In this document: in pieces, positions 18,339-26,597 of the stretch | Position numbering within the stretch: position 1 is the stretch's first letter | Layout: the number at the start of each line of letters is the position of its first letter | Notes under the pieces: generated by a model | Databases searched by the model: none | The model's input: the letters and a program-made list of their open reading frames with translations, nothing else | What the model was told of the DNA's origin: nothing | Source of the DNA: an uncultured Pirellulales bacterium | GTDB taxonomy: Bacteria; Planctomycetota; Phycisphaerae; Sedimentisphaerales; SM23-30 | Reading direction: 5' to 3' | Assembly (NCBI GenBank): GCA_964537505.1 | Contig: CAZICK010000001.1 | Coordinates: forward strand, 11,530 to 75,529 | DNA: 64,000 nt | Program-made: the position numbers and the translations under genes

Positions 18339-18944
18339 ATGCGAAAAATGTTCATACTGGTTTTAGCGGTGTTTTGTGTATTGAGTGGATGTAAAAAGGA
18401 GTCCTCCGACATATCCTCCCTGCCGGAGCGTACCAGCATCATCCAGCACAAAGGTGTGCCTTTGACACTGTTAGGTCCGGAATTGAAGATTGGCCAGCGG
18501 GCACCGGAATTCGCCGTTGTGGATATGGAACTGAATGAGCACAAGCTCAGCGACTTCAAAGGTAAAGTTGTCGTGATCAGCAGTATTCCTTCTGTGGATA
18601 CGCCCATGTGCAACCTGCAGACGCTACGGCTTAACCAGGAAGCAGAGAAATTGAAAGACACCGTAGCGATCTTGACGATTTCCTGGGACCTTCCTTTTGC
18701 TCAAAAGCGGTGGTGTGACGCAAAAAACGTCAGCCATACTCTGCTTCTGTCGGATTACCGGAACCGGGATTTTGGTAAAGCGTATGGCCTGATCATCAAA
18801 GAGAGAATGCTTCTGGCCCGTGCCGTATTGGTCATTGATAGGCAAGGTAGTATTCGATACATGCAAATTGTAAAGGAACAATTTTCGCAGCCTGATTACG
18901 ACAAGTTGCTCATGGCTTTACATAAAATAGTGGAGTCAGTATAA
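18339..18944 (+). CDS. tpx: Thiol peroxidase Tpx (atypical 2-Cys peroxiredoxin), lipoprotein form
   Basis: 201 aa. Lipobox LSGC in MRKMFILVLAVFCVLSGC. Tpx catalytic motif SIPSVDTPMCNLQT. Confidence 0.85.
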   Translation: MRKMFILVLAVFCVLSGCKKESSDISSLPERTSIIQHKGVPLTLLGPELKIGQRAPEFAVVDMELNEHKLSDFKGKVVVISSIPSVDTPMCNLQTLRLNQEAEKLKDTVAILTISWDLPFAQKRWCDAKNVSHTLLLSDYRNRDFGKAYGLIIKERMLLARAVLVIDRQGSIRYMQIVKEQFSQPDYDKLLMALHKIVESV

Positions 18945-19081
18945 CCGTGCAGTGCCCGTCCCGGGTAAAAACCGCATGGGCGAACACTCACAGAAAATAC
19001 TTCGATGTGGTTTGAAGATATTGAAAATAAACATTAATTAATATCCCGAGTTCGCCTTATAGCGAGAAAGGAGTTAAGCCG

Positions 19082-19972
19082 ATGAATGATATGACAGCGA
19101 TGTTGTTAGATTCAACCCGTTGTATCGGCTGCCGCAGTTGTCAAGTGGCTTGCAAGCAGTGGAACGGCTTGGAGGCTGAGGAGACCAGTTTCCTGCCGAG
19201 CCAAAAGGGCACTGCCAGGGCATTTGTCGATCAAGGTTATCAAAACCCACGCGACCTGTCGGACAAAACCTGGACTTTAATCACCTTCAACGAAATTGAG
19301 CGAAATGGCAAGCTAAACTGGGTATTCAGTAAATTGCAGTGTATGCACTGTGGCACTGATGCCAGGGATCGAAATAAATGGCCGGCATGCGTTGTTTCGT
19401 GTCCGGTCAGAGCCTTGGAAAAAACAGAAAAAGGACCGGTTATCTGGCATGAGGACCGTTGCATTGGTTGTCGATATTGTATGCTGGCGTGTCCTTTCCA
19501 GATTCCAAAGTTCGAATGGAACAAACCTTGGCCGCGTATTCGCAAATGCACCATGTGTTTTGATCGCATCACTCATGGCGAAGCCGCCATGACAGAGCCG
19601 GCCTGCTCCAAGGCATGTCCCACCGACGCCATAGTGACCGGTGAAAGAGGAAAACTGCTGGCTGAGGCCAGACAGCGGATGAAAGACAATCCCGGCAAAT
19701 ACAACAGTTACATATACGGTGAAAACGAAGTGGGTGGTACCTGCGTGCTGGTCCTGGCAGCCAATGGTGTGTCGTTTGACAAACTGCGTTATCCGGTCGG
19801 TCTGCCCACTAAGCCATTGGCCAATCAGACCAGTTGGGCCATGAAGGGACTGCCCTATGCGATTGTGGCGCTGTTGGCCGGTATGGCCGGTGTTTATACT
19901 GTCAGACGTAATAAAATCGAATCACAACAAAACTCTACAAAAAAAGAAAGTGAGGTCGGTACCAATGGCTGA
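19082..19972 (+). CDS. fdhB: 4Fe-4S ferredoxin-type FDH beta subunit (FdnH/HybA-like) with C-terminal membrane anchor
   Basis: 296 aa. AAGGAG RBS upstream. Several CxxCxxCxxxC-type clusters (CIGCRSCQVAC, CIGCRYCMLACP, and others). C-terminal TM helix LPYAIVALLAGMAGVY. Confidence 0.85.
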   Translation: MNDMTAMLLDSTRCIGCRSCQVACKQWNGLEAEETSFLPSQKGTARAFVDQGYQNPRDLSDKTWTLITFNEIERNGKLNWVFSKLQCMHCGTDARDRNKWPACVVSCPVRALEKTEKGPVIWHEDRCIGCRYCMLACPFQIPKFEWNKPWPRIRKCTMCFDRITHGEAAMTEPACSKACPTDAIVTGERGKLLAEARQRMKDNPGKYNSYIYGENEVGGTCVLVLAANGVSFDKLRYPVGLPTKPLANQTSWAMKGLPYAIVALLAGMAGVYTVRRNKIESQQNSTKKESEVGTNG

Positions 19973-21260
19973 AAATAGCATTACCACGGAAAACAAAAAC
20001 GCAGGGGGCTGGATTCTGTATTTGTTGGCCGTTATTGGTATAGTGCTGATGATCAAACGTTTTATATTCGGCATCGGCTCGGTGGCCAACCTCAACGATG
20101 CTTATCCATGGGGCTTTTGGATTGGGCTGGACATTCTTACCGGTGTGGCTCTGGCCGCGGGAGGCTTTACACTAACGGCTGCGATCTATATTTGGGGCAA
20201 TCAGAAGTATCATTCCCTGGCAAGACCGGCAATCCTGACGGCACTTTTGGGGTACGTACTGTTCGTGGCGGCACTGGTCGTTGACCTCGGAAGAGGACCG
20301 GTTATGTGGCACATGTTCCTGCCATGGATGTGGCAGCACGACAGTGTTATGTTCGAAGTCGGATGGTGCGTAGCGACATATCTGACTATACTGGTATTCG
20401 AGTTCCTGCCAAGCATCCTGGAAAAATTCCAGTTGACGGAACTGTTGAAGTTGTGGCGTAGTGTTACGCCGTTGATCGTGATCGTTTTGCTCACCCTGTT
20501 TACTTACGCCATGACGACTTCATTCGGCTGGGCAATAGCCGTATTCGCCATTACCGTGGTTTTTGAACTGACGCAATTGGGCAAAACCGGTAAAAGTCGA
20601 AATGTCCCGGTCCTGCTGATCATGGCTGGAGTGCTGCTCAGTTGTCTGCATCAGTCCAGCCTTGGCTCGCTTTATCTGATCGTCCCTCATAAATTGCACA
20701 GCCTTTGGTACACACCGATGCAGCCCTTTGTATTTTTGGCTTCAGCTATCATGATAGGACCGGCTATGGTGATCTTCGAAGGTTTGGTCAGTGCCAGGAT
20801 TTTCCGGCGAAAATCAGAACTGGAACTCTTATCCGGTCTGTCTAAGGTGCTGCCTACGCTGTTGGGCATCTATCTTTTGGTGCGAATTGCCGGAATCATC
20901 GCCCAGGAAGTCGCTCAGCCCGGAGCGATCGCCGCTGTATTTACATCCGGCACCAAATCGTTGATGTTTTGGGTGGAACTGGCCGTTGGCGTTATTATTC
21001 CTCTGATATTATTAGGACCGAAGGTCGTCAGAACCGAAACGAACCTGTTTTGGGGCAGCCTGTGTATGATAGTTGGTTTGTTTATCCATAGATTCAATGT
21101 CAGTGTTACTGGTATCCATGCCCGTGGTTGGCAAACCTACAGCCCCGCCTGGTCGGAAATACTGATCTCGGCAGGAATTATTTCTATCGGCTTGTTGGTG
21201 TTCGGCTATATCGTACGTAATTTCCCGGTTTATGAAAAGTCTGCCCTGAAAGCTGGATAA
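19965..21260 (+). CDS. NrfD/PsrC/HybB-family integral membrane quinone-interacting subunit
   Basis: The long ORF starts at 19857, but the plausible start is ATG 19965, which overlaps the fdhB stop (ATGGCTGA). About 431 aa with 8-10 TM helices. MAENSITTENKNAGGWILYLLAV is typical of the NrfD family. Confidence 0.8.
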   Translation: MAENSITTENKNAGGWILYLLAVIGIVLMIKRFIFGIGSVANLNDAYPWGFWIGLDILTGVALAAGGFTLTAAIYIWGNQKYHSLARPAILTALLGYVLFVAALVVDLGRGPVMWHMFLPWMWQHDSVMFEVGWCVATYLTILVFEFLPSILEKFQLTELLKLWRSVTPLIVIVLLTLFTYAMTTSFGWAIAVFAITVVFELTQLGKTGKSRNVPVLLIMAGVLLSCLHQSSLGSLYLIVPHKLHSLWYTPMQPFVFLASAIMIGPAMVIFEGLVSARIFRRKSELELLSGLSKVLPTLLGIYLLVRIAGIIAQEVAQPGAIAAVFTSGTKSLMFWVELAVGVIIPLILLGPKVVRTETNLFWGSLCMIVGLFIHRFNVSVTGIHARGWQTYSPAWSEILISAGIISIGLLVFGYIVRNFPVYEKSALKAG

Positions 21261-21339
21261 CGGTTTTCCCGAGCGTCTCGCCGATGATTGCGTATTCTGC
21301 ATGGCCGAACTGACGTAAATATGTTTTTGATCTAATGGG

Positions 21340-21376
21340 CCGTCAAGCATTTATTTATGTTTGACGGTCTTTTTTT
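21340..21376 (+). terminator. Rho-independent terminator after the fdh operon
   Basis: Stem CCGTCAAGCAT (21340-21350) pairs with ATGTTTGACGG (21357-21367), including one G-U pair. Loop TTATTT, followed by TCTTTTTTT. Confidence 0.6.
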
Positions 21377-21422
21377 CCCCTATTGACGCTGGCGTCATGT
21401 TTAAGAAAAAGTGTGGCCAAAA

Positions 21423-21755
21423 TCATAATTTCATCTGCAGGGAAGCCAATGCGGTGGCAGTGTTTTCGGCAACATCGAATAAAGAATCCAACCCGGTCAG
21501 CAGAAAAACCCCCCATACCTGAACGGCTATACCGCAAAGGCAAAGATGGTGTTTTTGATCCACCAACACCTTGCGAAGTCTCAGCAAACGTGAAATATTA
21601 GAAGAATTAAGGAAGCTCACATCGGAAAAATTGAGAACCACATCCTTTGGTTCTTCCTCCATACGTTCGATCAGAGCAGATAATTCATCGGTTAAATCCG
21701 GATCGTTGGTCAGATCGACCATTAGTATATCTTCAGACCAGTCTTGAGTTGCCAT
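21423..21755 (-). CDS. STAS-domain protein (anti-sigma-factor antagonist family)
   Basis: 110 aa. Pattern VVLNFSDVSFLNSSNISRLLRLRK...LCLCGIAVQVWGVFLLTGLDSLF is typical of SpoIIAA/RsbV-like proteins. Confidence 0.8.
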   Translation of the reverse strand: MATQDWSEDILMVDLTNDPDLTDELSALIERMEEEPKDVVLNFSDVSFLNSSNISRLLRLRKVLVDQKHHLCLCGIAVQVWGVFLLTGLDSLFDVAENTATALASLQMKL

Positions 21756-22109
21756 AACATATTCCTTAACCAGGCAAGAGCCTGGAACCCAATAGGGTTA
21801 TGTAAGAATTTGCACTAAAGTAAGTATTTTGTGATCGTCATTCACACGGTAAAGATCACTTCCGCCAACTAGATTAACAAAGCTAACACATCTTGTCAAA
21901 TAAAAGACTTCGATAAAGAATTCTTGCCGTGCCCGCAACGTCCGAGCATAAAATAAATATGGGCAGATCAACTCGGACTTAACGTAAGTGTTTTGTCGCC
22001 AAATAGTTAACTTCGAGCCGTCTTTTTTTGAAAATTTCTCCAAAATAACTCTTGACAAAAACAGCAAAATGTGGCACTCTAATAGGAGTGTTATAGTAGT
22101 ATTGCAGGA

Positions 22110-22352
22110 GTGTTGTCTGTGGCAAATGAGCCTCAAAAAAGTTCCGATAAGGTGACGATCAAGATTCCCCGACCGCTGTACGGGAAAATTTCCACAGCTA
22201 TTGAGGGAGCCGGTTATAATTCGGTAACCGATTTCGTGGTATATGTTCTCCGCGATCTGGTAGCCAGCCACGAATTGGCCGGCAGAGAAACCACCGAACC
22301 GGAAGATATCGATAAGGTAAAACAACGTCTGCGGGCGTTAGGTTACATCTAA
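22110..22352 (+). CDS. Ribbon-helix-helix (CopG/Arc-like) small DNA-binding protein
   Basis: 80-aa ORF. The more likely start is GTG 22119, 8 nt after AGGAG. KVTIKIPRPLYGKISTAIEGAGYNSVTDFVVYVLRDLV fits a beta-strand plus two helices. It is the first gene of a tightly spaced + strand operon. Confidence 0.65.
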   Translation: MLSVANEPQKSSDKVTIKIPRPLYGKISTAIEGAGYNSVTDFVVYVLRDLVASHELAGRETTEPEDIDKVKQRLRALGYI

Positions 22353-22363
22353 AGGTAATAATT

Positions 22364-23986
22364 ATGATCAACAAACACATCAGACACGGAATTGTAATAA
22401 CACTGCTGGTAGTTCTTTTGGGCGGATATCCCACCAGCCGGGCATGGAGCCAACAAGAAACCCAAAAAGGAGAAACCGAAAAAATAATACAGGAGTTTTC
22501 TCAATATATTACGCAACTGTCCAGCTACAGTGTGGAGGTCGCCGGCCACGCGAGAATAGACACCGAACAAATAATATACATAAACCAGGAAGATTTTACG
22601 CTGACTGTGCAGAAACCCAACCGGTTGGCATTGGTTTGCAATAGAGGTTTAATGGCCCCGACGGTGGTGTGTGATGGGAGCAAAACGCTGGTCTATATAC
22701 CGCAACTGAACCAGTATCTGCAGGAGAAAGCGCCGGCAAGCCTTGAGGAGATGTTTGTCCCTGGCGGCGCAGCGTCGATGGTGTTGTATGACACAATACC
22801 TATGATAGATAGTCTGGTATTGGGGAACGCCTATAAAGTGATTATGCCCAACACCGACAAAAACGAATATCTTGGTACGGTACAGATTGAAGGGGTGCAA
22901 TGCCATCATCTAAACCTGAAACTTGTCCAGCCTAAGATGGATTGGCAGTTGTGGATAGAAGCCGGCCCTAAACCGTTGTTACGTAAAATAGCTATTGAAC
23001 CAAAACAGGACAAAACAAAAGCTCGGCTGGAATGGAATTTCAAAAACTGGCAAACCGACGCGCCGGCAAAACAGACACCGTTGGGCTTTTCGCCCCCCAG
23101 TTGGGCCCGGGAAGTATTGTACTTCGGAAAAACCAGCGATCATCCATTATTGGGACAAATGGCGGCAAATTTCAAATTAGACGTGCTGGACGGCCAAGAA
23201 ATGGAACTGGCCAGTCACAAAGGCCGAGATATCGTTATTCTGGATTTTTGGGCCACATGGTGTGCGCCATGCCGGGCTGCTATGCCGGGTTTGGGCGAAA
23301 TTGCTCGGGAGTATAAGGACAAAGGCGTGGTTTTGTATGCGGTAAACGAAGATAACGAAGATAAATCCCGAAAAACCAATATCCTCAAATTCCTAAAGGA
23401 AAACAAACTCGATATTATCGTACTGCTGGACCGGCAGGCAGCAGTGTCTGGTCAATACCTGGTGAACGGCATTCCCCAAACGGTCCTGATCGATAAAAAC
23501 GGCAAAATACAAAGTGTACATGTCGGCTATGACGGAGAAAGCATGCCACATTTGCGGCTGGAGATAGAGGCGCTGCTGGCCGGGCGCGATGTGGCGGCAA
23601 TGGCCCAGAAAAAAACTGACTGGGGAGGTACGGTTGATCTGATTTGCGAAAAAGTTACGTTTGCGCCGGCAACCATTAAGGAAGGTGATACAGTTACCTT
23701 TTCCTGTGTATTGAAAAACACCGGGACAGGAACCGTACCGGCTGGAAGTTACAAAGTCGCACTGGTAGCCGGAGGTCAGGGAGTATTTTTCGCCACTGGC
23801 CGGGAACCTATCCCCCCAGGCCGGGAGATACTATTCACGGTGGATGAAAAAATATGGCATCTGGTGGCCGGCAAGGCAGGCGACTGTAAATATATGCTGA
23901 TAATTGATCCGGACAACGACGTACCGGAAACAAATGAGAGTAATAATGCGATAACCGACAGTTTCGAAATATCTGCCGGCAACTAA
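22364..23986 (+). CDS. Exported three-module protein: N-terminal beta-rich (LolA-like?) domain, TlpA/ResA-type thioredoxin domain, C-terminal CARDB-like domain
   Basis: 540 aa with an N-terminal signal/anchor. Thioredoxin motif ILDFWATWCAPCRAAMP and cis-Pro region VNGIPQTVLIDKNGKI. C-terminus DLICEKVTFAPATIKEGDTVTFSCVLKNTGTG...DPDNDVPETNESNN is CARDB-like. Confidence 0.8.
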   Translation: MINKHIRHGIVITLLVVLLGGYPTSRAWSQQETQKGETEKIIQEFSQYITQLSSYSVEVAGHARIDTEQIIYINQEDFTLTVQKPNRLALVCNRGLMAPTVVCDGSKTLVYIPQLNQYLQEKAPASLEEMFVPGGAASMVLYDTIPMIDSLVLGNAYKVIMPNTDKNEYLGTVQIEGVQCHHLNLKLVQPKMDWQLWIEAGPKPLLRKIAIEPKQDKTKARLEWNFKNWQTDAPAKQTPLGFSPPSWAREVLYFGKTSDHPLLGQMAANFKLDVLDGQEMELASHKGRDIVILDFWATWCAPCRAAMPGLGEIAREYKDKGVVLYAVNEDNEDKSRKTNILKFLKENKLDIIVLLDRQAAVSGQYLVNGIPQTVLIDKNGKIQSVHVGYDGESMPHLRLEIEALLAGRDVAAMAQKKTDWGGTVDLICEKVTFAPATIKEGDTVTFSCVLKNTGTGTVPAGSYKVALVAGGQGVFFATGREPIPPGREILFTVDEKIWHLVAGKAGDCKYMLIIDPDNDVPETNESNNAITDSFEISAGN

Positions 23987-24041
23987 TGTGGCAACGAACA
24001 AATCAATGGCAGCTAACCAAACATAATTGGAAACTCATATT

Positions 24042-24293
24042 ATGACTAATGGTAAAAGCAGCTTAACTGAGACACGGTTGCGCAGTATAACCAAAGGAAT
24101 ATCATGGCGGATATTGGCGAATATGGCTTCAGGAGCGATAGCGTGGATAATCACAAGGGACATGGAAAAGGCTGGCTGGATAATGGTGTTGGATGTGATT
24201 ATTAAATTTATTCTGTACTATGGACACGAACGGGCATGGAACGTGGTAACCTGGGGCAGATTAGCAGGTGATCCCAAGGCAACAGCAGAATAA
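24042..24293 (+). CDS. DUF2061-family small membrane protein
   Basis: RSITKGISWRILANMASGAIAWIITRD...VIIKFILYYGHERAWN matches the DUF2061 pattern. ATG 24042 is preferred over TTG 24027. Confidence 0.7.
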   Translation: MTNGKSSLTETRLRSITKGISWRILANMASGAIAWIITRDMEKAGWIMVLDVIIKFILYYGHERAWNVVTWGRLAGDPKATAE

Positions 24294-24310
24294 TCAAATG
24301 AGTAAGAACA

Positions 24311-25708
24311 ATGACGACCGCAAAACATAATCCCAAATTGATGGTGTTGAGTATTGACGGTGTGCCGTTCGCTCTGATGCGACGGATGATGGACGATGGC
24401 GTAATGCCCAATATGGCTGGACTTGCCGGTAATGTGGGTATCCGGCAGATGCGATCGGTACAGCCGACGGTTTCCTGCGTGGCCTGGGCCAGCTACATGA
24501 CCGGCAAAAATCCCGGTAAACACGGAATATACGGATTTATCGATCGCCGAACGGAAAGCTACGACTTGATGTTTCCCAACTCCGCAACCATGTCCGCCGA
24601 AAACATCTGGGAAGTGCTCTCCCGCGCCGACAAGCGTGTATTCGGAATGAATGTGCCGAGCAGTTATCCGCCCCGTCGCGTCAATGGTATTTTGATAGGC
24701 GACTTTCTTGCGCCCACCATCGAAAAGGCCGCATACCCGGCCGGCGAAAGCGAATATCTGCGCTCGATAGATTACCGCATTGACAGTGACGCCCAATTGG
24801 CCCGGCGTGATAAACGCGCCATGCTGGCCGACCTCGACAAAACGCTGGATACGCGGATGGAGGCGATGTTTCATTACCTGGATAAGGAAAGTTGGGATTT
24901 CTTTCATACGCATATTATGGGCAGCGACCGAATCAACCATTTTCTTTGGCAGAAAATGGAAGATAACGACCCGGAATTCGCACCGGCGTTTTTCGCATAT
25001 TATCGAAGAATCGATAAAGCAATCGGACGACTGCTGGAGCAACTGCCGGATATACCGTTATTGATTTTCAGCGACCATGGTTTCTGCCGGATCAAGCAGG
25101 AAGTACAGCTTTCGCGGTACCTGGTCGAAACGGGCTGGACGACGCCCGCACAGGAAATCGTCCATCCGCTGTCTGTCGATCCAGCCAAATCGAAGGCGTA
25201 CTGCCTGATACCTGGGCGGATATATGTAAATCTTCTCGGACGCGAACCGGGCGGAATCGTGCCGTTAGAAAAATATCAACAGGTACGCAAACGGCTTGCA
25301 GAAGATTTATTGAAACTGCGCGATCCGGAAACGGGCGAAAATGTGATAAAAAAAGTAGTAATGCGGGAAAATGTGTATTGGCCAAGCGACCGTGAGAAAA
25401 ACGCGACAATGGAGCCGGAACAGTCGGCCATGTATAAGGGAACATACGGCAAGGCGGCGGACCTGATCGCCATACCATACGACGGCTACGATCTGAAACT
25501 CGGATTAGCCGGCAACAAAATACTACAAAAAACGGAACTGGAAGGAATGCACACTTATGATGACGCCTTTATGGTGGCTCGCGGTATAGAACTGCCAAAA
25601 GACGATCTGGAAATATTGATGTTGGCAAGACCTATACTCGATAAACTGGGCGTTGAACCGCCGAACGATATGGACGGCACAGGCAGTGCGATAACACCCA
25701 GGTTCTGA
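24311..25708 (+). CDS. Alkaline-phosphatase-superfamily enzyme, nucleotide pyrophosphatase/phosphodiesterase (NPP) type
   Basis: 465 aa. LMVLSIDGVPFALM (metal-site Asp) and SVQPTVSCVAWASYMTGKNPGKHGIYGF (the PTxS/T nucleophile ... TG..P..HGI NPP signature), then later FSDHGF. Confidence 0.8.
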   Translation: MTTAKHNPKLMVLSIDGVPFALMRRMMDDGVMPNMAGLAGNVGIRQMRSVQPTVSCVAWASYMTGKNPGKHGIYGFIDRRTESYDLMFPNSATMSAENIWEVLSRADKRVFGMNVPSSYPPRRVNGILIGDFLAPTIEKAAYPAGESEYLRSIDYRIDSDAQLARRDKRAMLADLDKTLDTRMEAMFHYLDKESWDFFHTHIMGSDRINHFLWQKMEDNDPEFAPAFFAYYRRIDKAIGRLLEQLPDIPLLIFSDHGFCRIKQEVQLSRYLVETGWTTPAQEIVHPLSVDPAKSKAYCLIPGRIYVNLLGREPGGIVPLEKYQQVRKRLAEDLLKLRDPETGENVIKKVVMRENVYWPSDREKNATMEPEQSAMYKGTYGKAADLIAIPYDGYDLKLGLAGNKILQKTELEGMHTYDDAFMVARGIELPKDDLEILMLARPILDKLGVEPPNDMDGTGSAITPRF

Positions 25709-25759
25709 CGACAAGGTCAACTCTGAGAAAAAAAATTAGTTTTAAGGAAGTTGGTGACT

Positions 25760-26557
25760 ATGGACAAACTGGATGAGTTGGAAAGTCAAAGTATCTATAT
25801 AATTCGCGAGGCGTATTACCATTACAAGAAGCTGGCAATGTTATGGTCGATCGGTAAAGATTCCTCAACCATGGTATGGCTGGTACGGAAAGCGTTTTTT
25901 GGAAAAGTGCCTTTCCCGGCACTGCATATCGATACCAGCTACAAGTTTCCCCAAATGTACAAGTTTCGTGACGAATACAGCAGGAAGTGGGGGCTGGACC
26001 TGGTAATAACGCGTAACGAAAAAGCCCTGGCGGCCGGTATGACCTGCAAAAAAAAACTGGAATGCTGTACTGCCCTGAAAACCGAAGCATTAAAAATAGC
26101 TATAGCCAAACACGGTTTCGATGCCCTGCTGCTGGGAATACGTCGCGACGAACACGGGATCCGGGCCAAGGAACGGGTCTTCTCGCCACGCGATGAGGAA
26201 TTTAAATGGAACTATCAGGACCAGCCGCCGGAGTTGTGGGACCAGTTCAAAAGCCAGGCCGAGGAACAGACCCATATACGCGTGCATCCGCTGCTGGGCT
26301 GGACCGAGCTGGATATCTGGAAATACATCAAACGAGAACAAATCCCGATCACCGAACTGTACTTCGCCAAAAACGGTAAAAGATATCGCAGTATCGGATG
26401 TACCACCTGCTGCAATCCAGTCGATTCAAACGCCGCCACCATAGACGATATGATAAACGAACTGGAAACAACCACGACCTCCGAACGCGCTGGCCGAGCA
26501 CAGGACAAAGAAGACACATATACTATGCAAAAACTCCGAGCCTTGGGATATATGTAG
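25760..26557 (+). CDS. cysD: Sulfate adenylyltransferase subunit 2 (CysD, PAPS-reductase/ATP-PPase fold)
   Basis: MDKLDELESQSIYIIREA..., PP-loop-like WSIGKDSSTM, and GIRRDEHGIRAKERVFSPRD. The ORF opens at TTG 25751; ATG 25760 is more likely. Confidence 0.9.
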   Translation: MDKLDELESQSIYIIREAYYHYKKLAMLWSIGKDSSTMVWLVRKAFFGKVPFPALHIDTSYKFPQMYKFRDEYSRKWGLDLVITRNEKALAAGMTCKKKLECCTALKTEALKIAIAKHGFDALLLGIRRDEHGIRAKERVFSPRDEEFKWNYQDQPPELWDQFKSQAEEQTHIRVHPLLGWTELDIWKYIKREQIPITELYFAKNGKRYRSIGCTTCCNPVDSNAATIDDMINELETTTTSERAGRAQDKEDTYTMQKLRALGYM

Positions 26558-26597
26558 AAATATGGGTTCATGGCGATAGGGAAAGGAATACACAGAC

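Noticed and set aside
22052-22083. Sigma70 promoter for the RHH-cysDN operon (TTGACA at 22052-22057)
   Set aside because: The -35 hexamer is perfect, but the best -10 candidates (CACTCT with a 17-nt spacer, TCTAAT with a 20-nt spacer) are poor or mis-spaced, so I did not list it.
21798-22325. 175-aa - strand ORF overlapping the promoter region and 5' half of the RHH gene
   Set aside because: It has no recognisable motif, is rich in rare or aromatic residues, and overlaps a better-supported + strand operon start.
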